Assembly (NCBI GenBank): GCA_026025075.1
Contig: JAPEUI010000059.1
Span: forward strand, 62,001-109,184
Length of the DNA stretch: 47,184 nucleotides
From: Vezdaea acicularis
Taxonomy: Eukaryota
Direction of reading: 5' to 3'
The notes beneath the pieces are model-generated. The model was not told the origin of the DNA, did not search any database, and was given only the letters and a program-made list of their open reading frames with translations. Position numbers and translations under genes: made by a program. Shown one piece after another: positions 1 through 11,000 of the stretch. Position 1 is the stretch's first letter; every line of letters starts with the position of its first letter.

Positions 1-45
1 TACATAAGAAATAATGCAAGGAAGCCTTTCCTGACTTAGCTTAGG

Positions 46-1137
46 GCTCGCGAATATGCAAGGCATGATCTCACAGGGCGACGTGGAACTATCAGTGATC
101 TCTAAGAACTTCCTTTTCTCGTTCTTCAATCTTTTCGTCTTTTTCACAATCATCGGAACAGTGACAGTGACTGCTTCAGAGCTATGGGGGCAACTAAGGG
201 ACTCACTGAAAGACACCACTCTAATTGCATACCAGCTCGCGAAGTCACTGGATAGCCTTGCCCTATTCTACGTGAATTTCATCATTCTTCAAGGCTTAGG
301 TCTATTTCCGTTCAGGCTCCTTGAGTTTGGAAGCGTTGCTCTTTATCCCATTTACTTGATTGGCGCAAAGACTCCTAGAGGTAAGCGACTTCAGCTTCAA
401 AACGAACTTCAGAATGCTTACTATAGCTCCTGTACAGACTACGCCGAACTGGTGCAACCTCCAGTGTTCAGGTATGGATTTTACCTGCCTCAGACGATTC
501 TCATCTTCATCGTTTGCATTGTCTACAGCACATTGCAATACGGCGCCTTCATCCTGTTCTTTGGATTACTTTATTTTATCATTGGACACTTTACCTATAA
601 GTATCAGCTACTTTATGCAATGGATCACTCACGGCACTCGACTGGCCAAGCATGGTCCATAATAAGCTACCGAGTCATTCTCGGGCTTGCAGTCTTTCAA
701 CTGGCAATGGCTGGTCAATTAGCGATCCACAAGACTGTTTATCGGCCTCTCTTGATCATACCACTCCTAGCGGCGACAGTGTGGTTTGCTTACTACTATC
801 GAAGGAATTACGCACCTTTGACTCGCTTCATTGCCCTTAGAAGCATTGAACGGCATGAAAATGCTACTCAAGAGGAGGATACTGATGATCCAGCTCCATC
901 GAGCCGTTCGAGGCGCCAAAGCGGAGTTCCTGAGAGTACTATAGACGAAGAGCGAGAAAAGGACATGAAATACGTCAATCCTAGTCTGGTGTCACCGTAA
1001 GTGGAATTCGAAAGCTTGCCAAAAGCATACTAATGAGATTTCTCAGCCTTGAGGAGCCCTGGGTACCTAATAAAGAACTACTCAACCTTAGTGACTCTAC
1101 TCACAATAGTCGCAACGGTGGGGAGCATAATGTTTAG
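46..1137 (+). CDS. CSC1/OSCA/TMEM63-family (DUF221, RSN1_7TM) stress-gated cation channel, 3' part; 5' end lies outside the window
   Basis: Multi-TM sequence with family motifs SKNFLFSFFNLF, F(Y)VNFIILQGLG, AKTPR|DYAELVQPPVFRYGFYLPQ and YKYQLLYAMDH..HSTGQAW. Introns at 381-437 (GTAAGC..TACAG) and 997-1046. Last exon reads LEEPWVP...HNV*. Confidence 0.9.
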
Positions 1138-1437
1138 GATGCCATTGTATTGTCTATGGAGTTGTTGCATAAGCCGGAGTCGACCGCTGAACAGGTACAT
1201 GATTAAATGAAGCTAGGCCTGGGAACCTGTAATAACAGACCAATGACTTTGTTAGGTAGGTTTCAAGTGATCTTGCTTGGGTTGAATGGCCAAAAGCATG
1301 ATATCATAGATCCAATATTCGTAGCACACGCCGAATAAAAAATTCTCATTCAAGCTATTATGACATACGCCGTTTTCGTGCAAGACAGCAAGGATATCGA
1401 GTTGAGAAAAACAATTCTGAGCAAAGAAATCTCGGAT

Positions 1438-2710
1438 CTAATCTATCCTGGGTGGACTTTTCGAATGGACCTTCCCACCCGGCACACTCTTTGCATTGTA
1501 GGGACTTACGCTACGCCTGGATCAATGTCAGCGATCTGAACCACGGTCGAGCCCAAATGACATGAGGTGCAAATCTAGTCTATGCCATGCCTCGGGTTGC
1601 TTTGTCCAAAAAGGGGGTTAAATTACTTACGATCGTCTCCTCTCGCCCTCCCTTCGAAAACCCTCGATGACCTTCAGCATCTCCTTCCGCCCAGCTGCAG
1701 CGATAACCGTCTTGCCAACCATGCTCATCTTGACTTTATCTTTAGCTGTAGCGCTGAGTAACCGCTTGACGAGCAGATGCCTCATCTGCATACAGACAAA
1801 AACGCCGCAGTCTGATCCGTTCTCTTGCTGTGGACTGTCTTCAAGATCTATAAACTTTAATGGCCTTCCCAGTAATTGTGACATCTGCCCTGTAACTTTC
1901 TCGGCCTCGTTGAAGTTCGATGGATTTAAAGAATCGTAATGGAAAGCAACACCGTCGATGACGCTCACGAGAAGAAGAGACCAATGTGAACCCCCCTCTG
2001 CACGTTCTACGTCGTGACAATCGTTGATTGGAAGGAAGATGTGAGTCGTTTTTGAGAAATTAGGAAGCGCCTCTTTGAGTGTGAGGGGGTCTGGGGTCTG
2101 CATGAGCATGAAGGCCATGCTAGGTCGGAGGAGCACGATGTGGGAGTTTGGATATTTAACTAGTTCTTCTCTTTCAAGATATCTATGTAACGGAAGCATT
2201 AGCATAGCCCTAATCTTCAGGACCCTTTGGCTTATAATACTCTTCCCAGAATGCTATGCACTAGCTTGTATCAGCAAGGCTCCGGAAAGACGAGGAGCAC
2301 CTCCGCACCTACGTTATCCGTTAACCAGTCATCTTTAAGTGTGTCGAGATCCTCCTTCGTAACTAAATGAATCCCGTCAAATCCGTCACAGTGGAATGCG
2401 CTCAATTGGAATGCTCACGTCGAACATCGTAGTCTGTTAATTCGTCAGTGTGAATCCGATTGCGTTCCAAAGGTCTACTCACAGCTAAGATAGGCATCGT
2501 CGGGGCTCAGGTGGCTCTGAGAAGGCTGTGGTAAGTTCATGATTTCTTCTAGTGATTGCATAAAAGAAGACGCTTGGAGTCTAATCCGCGCAAGGCGGCG
2601 TCGCGCGAGGCGGCGAGTTAAAGGAACGTGAAGCAGCATGTAGTTATAAGGCCTACCGTATCTCCAAAATGCCGACTTATGCGACCATTAAATGGATGAA
2701 AGCCTGACAT
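1438..2710 (-). CDS. Ulp1/C48-family cysteine protease, NEDD8-specific deneddylase (DEN1/SENP8/DenA-like)
   Basis: Catalytic motifs GGSHWSLL, HYDS and QQENGSDCGV. Spliced N-terminus MSGFHPFNGRISRHFGDT|SHLSPDDAYLS|YYDVR|LTKEDLDTLKDDWLTDN|CIAFWEE comes from short exons (~2710-2657, 2516-2483, 2433-2419, 2362-2313, 2260-2241). Last exon ends SPPRID* at 1438. Confidence 0.88.
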
Positions 2711-3469
2711 CCTCCGTCTGCTCGAACTTGGCTCTGGATTGTGGTTTCTCTAAAGTGGAAGCAGGCAAGACCGCCGAGGTTGCCAGATCTGGCGCCGCGG
2801 CGCGCGTAGTAGATGCGCGGAAAGGTTGAAGAGATTAGGGTCAAAATTCACTTTCTCTCAAGAATATTTGCAACTCAAGACAGGTGCGTTGGCGGTTTCT
2901 AGGGTGATATAGAGAATTGGAAGACAATGAGTGGTGTGTGAGAAGAGGCAATGGAAAGCAAGAAGGAGGCTTCGGAATAGACAGGCAGCAAACCTTTTTC
3001 GGATGACGAACCTACGCTGCCACTTTGTCCTTATGATAGCTTTAGCCAAGTTTTACTATTGCCTTGGCGACTCAATTACTGCATCCCTGAATTACTTGCG
3101 CGCAAAGGGATTTGCTTCCTAAAATGCTCGGGCGATTCTACGTCACTTCTGGTGACGATCGACATTAGTCCGAAGAAGGGAAGCGGGATAAGCCCCGCGA
3201 TGCGCTATCGAGCCCCCCCACTTTTCAAGTTTCTATTAATTGAGCGCTGCAAGCTCTAAGCTCTAAGCCATCCTTCAAGCGCCACAGCACACGCTTGAGT
3301 CAAGTTGAATCCGCTAATCCTATTTACAAAGCGGATCAATCAACATCTTCTGATTATCGTGGGCTTTGCCTAGTATCGTCCTTCCGTCTATTGACAGATC
3401 CCATCTATCGATTCCCAACGCCGGCAAAATGCATGTTCGGGGGCACGTGGGGGGTTAACCCAGTTATTC

Positions 3470-4503
3470 TCATATCTTTTTAGATATCCTGGTGTTCACA
3501 ATATTCAAGACCAGGATGTCCTGGGCGCCTAGTTTGGTCAGGAGGTCCATCTTGGTTGCTATCTCGTCCTTTTTGACCATCGAGCTCACTGCTACCCAAT
3601 CTGGCGCGGATTCCAGGGCATTTATCGTCGGCGCTCTTCTTCCTGGAGTAATCTCGGATGCTTCTTGAAGTAAGCTCCTGGCAATGTTATATTGACAAAG
3701 GACGAAGCGTTTTGCATTCACGACACCTTCGATTCGAGAGGTGACGAGATCGGCCAGTTCAGCATGAGCGGGAGAGAAGGCTTTGCTCTTGTTTCGGATC
3801 AGAATCGCAGTAGACTGCACAACTGTGTGAATTGGTTTGAGACCTGCCGCACGCATGGTCTCACCCGATTCTTCATTGGATATAGTGATTAGCCGGGATG
3901 ACATAGCTTTGAATATATATCTCAGTTCTTACCCACTAGATCCACAATGCCTTCGCTCAATCCAAGCGCGCATGAAGTTTCAACGCTTCCAGAGATTGTT
4001 ATGATCTCTGTTGAAGTCCTGAATTCATGCTGCTTTGTGCCATGAACATTAGTCAGGTCTTCCTGGCCCTCCCGACCCTCAATTTCCTCGAAGTATGCGG
4101 ATGCCAAGTTCGTAAAGGATGTTGCCACACGCTTTCCGATCAGATCCTTGGGTTCATGGATGCCTCCATCTTCCGGTACTTGCACCTGTAGTTTACATCT
4201 GCCAAATTCGAGATCTAGCACATCCTCCCATTTGGTCCTTGCCGCTTTAGGCAACACAGCATCATGTTCTTGAACCTGGTCCCATCCTGTAATTCCCAGA
4301 TGAACACGGCCTTGGTATACGAATGTAGGAATGTCCGCTGCTGGAAGGAAGATGAGCTTAATGGGAAAGTTCTGAACAAGGGCAATATCGAGCCTGTTGT
4401 GACGATGGAATTTGATATCAGAACCAGAGAGAAGATCTAGGGTCGCCTGGTTGAGTCGTCCCTTCTTAGGAATTGCGAACAACAGGCGTTCTGGCGATTC
4501 CAT
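3470..4503 (-). CDS. HIS1: ATP phosphoribosyltransferase
   Basis: RLLFAIPKKGRL, FLPAADIPTFV, GSVE..C.LGL..GIVDLV|ESGETMRAAGL and TPGRRAPTI. Intron 3871-3932 (GTAAG..AAG). The exact start is uncertain because an upstream exon is possible. Confidence 0.96.
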
Positions 4504-4780
4504 TTCTAGTGAATCGCAGCACATGCTAGTGAACCTGCGATTGACGTTGATCTCCTATGAAAGGGAGGGTCAGGTCCTGACTAATGGGAGGGCTTGCCCT
4601 TTGAAGCAAACTTTAAGCGAGGCCACCAATAATTGACAACACCGAATTCAAGTATTTGTTCATCGTCCGTCAACCATTAATCGATCCTTACATCCTTCTC
4701 CACAAAACTCAAAGGTGCGCGTCCTCGGGTTTAAATCATCCAAAGTCAAGTACTGACTGTCGGAGAGACAGTCTACAGAT

Positions 4781-5120
4781 ATGGACTCGTCCAAGGTTCC
4801 CGTTAAGCTTGTCAGAGTTACCCGCATCCTCGGCCGAACTGGTAAGTTGTGATCTTGAGCAACTGCATATTTCAAGGCCATACAAGAGTTCCAGAGTAAC
4901 CTCCTGAATAGGCTCTCGTGGTGGTGTTACGCAGGTGCGCGTCGACTTTATGGATGACCAGTCCCGAAGCATTATTCGCAACGTCAAGGGCCCAGGTAAA
5001 TATTTATATTTCCCCGCAATGCGCGTGAAGAAGCCTTGCTGATCGAGCCTACGAGCAGTCCGCGAAAATGACATCCTATGCTTACTCGAGTCGGAACGTG
5101 AAGCAAGGAGATTGAGATAA
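4781..5120 (+). CDS. RPS28: 40S ribosomal protein S28 (eS28)
   Basis: Exons 4781-4841, 4912-4995 and 5059-5120 splice to [68 protein letters not shown]. Missed by the ORF track. Confidence 0.98.
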
Positions 5121-5874
5121 CAAGACTGCTCAGCATGGTAGTGGCGTTTGGGCAGATCGGGTGTCGTTGACACGTCAAAGAAATGCAACATGAGCCGTCT
5201 AGGTTTACGAATGGATTCACCCCTCAAGTGCCTCTTGAGAGCTTAGGGGAGTAATTTAGCTCTATTTCAATGCGTGCCAGCTACAGTTACTCCGAATCAG
5301 CGTCTACGCGGTGAAATTTAGATTCGTGATCTATGAACTGATTCGACCCTGACTTAGTGGATTCATCGGCAGTTCAGCTTTACCCTAGATGGCTCAGTCC
5401 CCATATCCCAGAGAAGAATGCTTTCCAACATCCAAGACCCTCCAATCGTGGAATCACGAGATAACAGAGCCCTGTAGGCTCCATCCGAGTAGCGCTTACT
5501 AATCCAGATCGAACCCGCGACTTTACGTTCCTGCTACCAGCCTCTACTTGCTCGTTACATGTTTCAAAGTCTAGGCACTCAGCCTATCCCAAGTTTAATC
5601 CTCTGCTTACATAGCCCAAAACTCTCCATCCAACAATCCCAACACCGTGTAACATTCTCGGAAAAGGCACCATCCCTGTGAAACATGCGGGAATCTCCGG
5701 GGTCGATCGGAGTGTCGCTGAGCGGCCCCCCGAGGCTCGCTGTAAGGCCCCCACCACCTGCTACAGCTTTATTTATGACGCGGATGGAGACTCCGCTGCA
5801 TCTCGTCGAACTTACATATGTGTCGTAATTAAAGATCCATTTCCCCAGCCTAACAACATCACCAGCCGGCGGAA

Positions 5875-7395
5875 ATGGATCTCGACATTCCGACCATCGT
5901 AGCGGACCTGCTCCTCGCCCATATCACGGGCGCCATCCTCTTCCTCGCCCTCCTCACTCCGCCGTCAAACCTTTCGCACCGACAGCTCTGGACGGCCTTG
6001 CTCCCCGTCATCTGGGGCGTGCACTTCTGGTACTGCTTCGTCCACTGCGGTGAGTTCACGCTGTACCCTTCCCTCGAAGCCCTCGTGGCCACAGACCTGC
6101 TCTTCTTCCGGACCCCACGCGAATCTTTCCGCCGCGTCGGCGTGTCCCAGAAATTCCACGATTTTAGCCGACTCCGCGCCCGCGACGCTCCGCTCCCGTC
6201 CCCCGCCAAAGCCGCCAACGGGCACGCCACCACCACCACCACCTCCACCACCACAACTTCCACCATCGGCGAAGGCTACCCCACCGCCTTCCTCCCCAGA
6301 CTAAAATGGGTCTTCGACCTCATATTCGCGACCGCCCTTGGCCGCCTCGATGAGTCCCTCCGCCCCTCCGACTTCACCCCCTCCACCACCCCCACCGGGC
6401 ACCCCGTGCGCCGATGGCGCGCGCGCTACTTCCTTAAAGAACTCGGCCTCTGCATACTCACCTACCTCGTCATCGACGCCGCCCTCTTCTACAGCCAATA
6501 CGACGCCTACCTGCGCCAACGCCCCGGCGCAACCATCGACTCCCCCCTTCCCCCTTTCCTCACGCCCTACTTGGCGCACAGCCACGGCCTCGTCACGCCG
6601 CGCAGCTTCCGCGTCGCCCTCAATGGCATCGCTATCATTGCCATCATCGAGCGCACCTGGTGCGTGCTTGACACCGTCACCTCCGCCTTAGTCGGCCTGC
6701 GCGTCTTGGGCGAAGAGTGGAACGGGGAGAGTTTCGAACAGCCGCGGTTCGGCAGTCCGCGCGCGCTCGTCGATAGCGGGTTACGTGGATATTGGGGCTC
6801 TTTCTGGCATCAAACACTCCGAGGGGTGAGTTTTCCCTCTTTCCCCCCCTCAACCCTAACCCCCCTCCCCTAACCACCTAAACAACAGATCTTCCAAACC
6901 CCCCCGCAAACCCTAACCCGCTTCCTCTCCCTCCCCCCCACCAGCCTCCTGAGCTCAACCATCCAACTAGTCTACGCCTTCCTCCTCTCCGGGCTCTACC
7001 ACTGGATCCTCACGCCTCCCTCCTGGCGCACGCCCTCCACCGTGCAAATCCCCCTCTTCTTCTTCTCGCAACTGCCCTTCATCCTGCTCGAAAAAACATG
7101 CTCTGCCCTCCTCTCCCATTATTCTCCCAAGCAAACCCGTAGTCGCGCTTTAAAGATCGGTTTGGGTGTTTTAAGGCCCTTGTTTGCGTGGGGCTCTTTG
7201 TTGGTTACGGTCCCGGGGCTGAGTGATGCATTGGTGGAGATGCGCCTCTGGGATCGGTATGCCCGCCTGCAGCCGGCGAGTCCGTGTTCGTGGCTGCTGG
7301 GGCAGGGCTGGAAAGGGTGGTCCTGGGGGTTGGGGTTGCAGGATCGGGCGGAGTGGGGGGAGGGGAAGGCTGCGGGTGGAGGGTATCGTGCTTGA
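5875..7395 (+). CDS. Membrane-bound O-acyltransferase, wax-synthase/MBOAT_2 (TRI7-like) family
   Basis: Hydrophobic protein with PRFGSP...GLRGYWGSFWHQTLR|(G)IF, AFLLSGLYH and FFFSQ.PFILLE motifs. Intron 6826-6888 joins the two ORFs in frame. Confidence 0.82.
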
Positions 7396-8003
7396 TTCAC
7401 TCTGGGGGATTAATGGCTGAGTATGCTGGCTGGGCATGAGACGAAACTGACGATGGGGACAAGGACGAAGACGGGGACGATAATGACGCGTGTTATCTGC
7501 ATCCATAGACAGCGACGGCGAAGACGAAGACGAGACAATGGGGGGAGTATTAGATCATGATTATACATTGTTTCCCGCTTCCTCTGAACCAACCCCTTAA
7601 AACTATCTATAACAAACTTCTAAATGCCATAAATTCAGATCGTCGCTAAATCGTAACCGTGCAACCAAAACCAAAGGGCCAAAGCCATCATGATGTATGC
7701 AACCGCCCTCGCAATGATTCAATAAACATGTATGAAGAAAACCCTGCGGCCGCCTTCCCTTGTCATGTATGCAGCTCTGCCGATATCGTGAGCGAATAGG
7801 AAGAAGAAGAAAAAGAATGGACTGAAGGGCAGAGAAGCAAAAAACGCCGCGTGCGTCGTTCCATCGTAGAGATGCGGAAGCCAATTTGAAAAAAACATTC
7901 CGCCATCTATTCCCAATTTTCCGTTTTCATCAACATCGTAGCCATTAGATATAAAAATCCAGGAATAGTTGGACGGGGGTGGAGGTTGAAATTAAACGAA
8001 GAA

Positions 8004-11000
8004 TTAATAGAAGCGGCCGTAACTCCGTTTCATGGTCGAATTTTTGTGCACGTAGAGGTTCATGACGTCCTGGCCGCCGCAGTACTCGGTCTTGTTGCCG
8101 GCGCAGGTCAGGCCGCAGTCGGAGGCGTGGCTGGCGTTGTTGGGGGGGTTGGTGGAGAGGGTGTTGCCGTAGTAGCAATCCCTGTCGCGGGGCATTAGCA
8201 TTTGTGGTTTTTTGGAAAGGGGGGAGGGGATGACTTACGTAGAGTTCTCGACGCCGACGTAGAGGTAAGAGTAGGCGTACTTGAGGCAGTCTTCGACGGT
8301 GAGGGTGTCGTTGCGGTAGAGGTTCGAGAGGAGCTTGCCGTTGCTTGGCTCTTGCACGCAGGCGCCGTCGAGGGCGGGCGCGGTGTAGTTGTAGAGGGTG
8401 AAGTTGGCGTTTGTGGCGACGACGATGGGGCTGGTGGAGGTGGTGGCGCTGGTTGTTGTGCTTGTTGACGTTGTTGAGGAGGAAGAAGATGAGGAGGAGG
8501 AGGAGGAAGAGCTTGTAGTTGTGGAGGATGAGCTTGATGATGTCGAAGTAGAGGTACTTGAGGTTGATGAAGATGTGGAGGAGCTGGAGGACGAAGAGGA
8601 TGTCGAGGATGATGTCGAAGATGTTGTCGAGGATGTTATCGAAGATGAAGATGAAGTAGACGACGATGTCGATGTCGATGTCGAAGAGCTCGTCGAAGAG
8701 GTGGAGGATGACGAAGAGGACGACGGCTTAGGTGTAGTGGAAGAGCTAGACGACGAAGACGTTGGCGTCGTCGACGAAGAGCTCGAGGTGGACGTTGTCG
8801 ACGTGCTCGAAACAGACGAACTAGAAGATGTCGAGGAACTCGAAGAAGTCGCCGTTGCCGGTCTTGTAGAGTTCGATGCGCTTGATATCGTCGAGTTCGC
8901 CGAAGAGCTGCTACTCGCGGGAACAAACTGGGGGCCAGCGAACAAGGCGTTGGCTTGTGGCGCAGCCTTCGCCTTGTAAAGGGTCAGCAGATTAGGGCCG
9001 CCGCAGATCTCCGTCTTGGATCCACCACAAATCGTTTTGCAGACGGATTGCGTTGCGGCGATGCCCCCTCCTGCAAGACTGGGTCCATACTGTACAATAT
9101 TTAGATATAACTCTAAATATAGAGGAGCGGATTATACGTACCCAACATTCAGTGGAATATTCCAATCCAGCATAGGTGGCGCCCTGCGCCTTGGCATAGG
9201 CCAAACAAATCTCCGCCGTCATCGTCGCGCTATAGTATCGATTGGGGAGCGCACGAGAACCAGCCGGTTCGTTGTAACACCCCGCGGTGCCCCCGTACAA
9301 GGCATAATTGGCATCACCAGGGTACGGTGTTGGACCTGTTGGAGCTGCGCTTGATGAAGTTGTTGAAGTCGAAGTCGAAGTGGCTGTAGTGCTCGTTGAG
9401 CTCGGTAAAACAGATGTTTGCTGGTATACATTCAAGAAATTCGATCCACCTAGTTTTGTCAAATTGTCCGTCTGCCTGGATTCACAGTTGGGGTGAGCGC
9501 TTACCACAATACTCCAATGCGTTACCTTTGCAAACCATATTACAATTAGTCTCGGCCTTTGACGTAGAGCCGGCTGGAAGTGTGTTTCCAGCCCAGCATT
9601 CACGGGAATACTCAATACCCGTATACTTATAGCCTTTCCCAGCCGCGAGATTCGTACAAATTTCGACCGTCATGGTATCAGAAGCCAGAAGCAAATTTGG
9701 AAGTGCTCGGGCACCCTGCAATTCGTTGTAACAGCCAAGAAGGGTATATCCATTCGCGCTCGGAACGTCAACAGGCCCTGTTGGGCTTGCAGTAGGGGAA
9801 GTGCTCGTCGAAGAAGTCGTGGAAGAGCTCGTAGATGATGTAGATAACGTAGAGGTACTTGATACGACTGAGGTTTGCTGGTACATGTTCAAGAAGTTTG
9901 ATCCCCCTGTCTATGTCAGCGCCTTATTTTGATTCATTATTCGGCCGAGTACTTACCACAATACTCAGACACATTGCCCTTACAAACCAAATTACAATTT
10001 GTCTCAGCCATTGACGTAGAGCCGGCTGGAAGTGTGTTTCCAGCCCAACACTCGCGGGAGTACTCAATTCCTGTATACTTGTAGCCCTTTGCAGCCGCGA
10101 GGTTCGTACAAATTTCAACCGTCATGGTGTCGGCAGCCAGAAGCAAGTTCGGAAGCGCTCGGGCACCTTGCAATTCGTTGTAACAGCCAAGAAGGGTATA
10201 GCCATTCGCGCTTGGTACGTCGATAGGTCCCGTCGGTTTTGAAGTAGGTGAAGTACTCGTAGAAGAAGTCGTGGAAGAGCTTGTAGAAGTACTCACAGTG
10301 GACGAGCTGCTGCTGGAGCCGCCTGGAGGGGTATATTTCGTCGTATCGTAGTAGATTGAGATAAATCCTCCGTTACCCCCACAAGCCTGGGAGCCGTCGG
10401 CGGGACAGGCAAACGAGCAATCGTTCAGTGTTGGGCTTGTAAAGTAAGTCGAGGGAGGGGGCGTGTTACCGCACCAGCACTCAACCTGATACTCAGTACC
10501 GGCGAAGGTATAACCAGCAGCTAAACATTGGGTTTGGCACTTTCCATTCTCATTTGCATTGCCGTTGTTGTATAGTTGTGGAAGTAGCCGACCATTGGGG
10601 CTGCTATCAGAATAACACCCAAGGTATTGATACCGCGCCTGGCCGTTTCCACCTGTCGGCCCGATCTGCCGATCCACTATAGTGCCGGTAATCTGAACAA
10701 CATGGACACCGAAGTTCGGATCGTCAGTGTTCAGGGTCCAGGTGTCGGTGAGCGTCTGAGACGGCACATTAGGCGGCTCAACTGCTGGAGTAAAAGCGAC
10801 CGTGCCAAGAGCGCACTGCCCGACGGGTATCTGTTGAGATTCGTGGAGATCGATGCCTGGTGCGGTAGCATGAAGTTGAGGCTGGCCCGGAGGCTTCGAT
10901 TTGGTAACAGTCAAGACCGACCCGCCAGTATTGCAAATTTGTATCTGCCGAGAGCTCTGTCCGCCTGGAGCGACACTTCCCAAATCCATCAACAGAGTGC

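Noticed and set aside
381..437. Apparent 19 aa insertion in the CSC1/OSCA protein
   Set aside because: It is a 57 nt stop-free GT-AG intron whose removal restores KTPRDYAEL. There is no evidence for retention.
5490..5580. tRNA T-loop-like GGGTTCGATC on the minus strand
   Set aside because: The T-stem does not close, and no acceptor or D stem can be formed.
6850..6920. CCCTAA telomere-like hexamers
   Set aside because: Only three dispersed copies in C-rich sequence, and at least one is the intron branch site (CTAAC).
8398..8979. 193 aa V/E/D-rich ORF on the + strand
   Set aside because: It is the antisense shadow of the Ser/Thr linker of the WSC gene.
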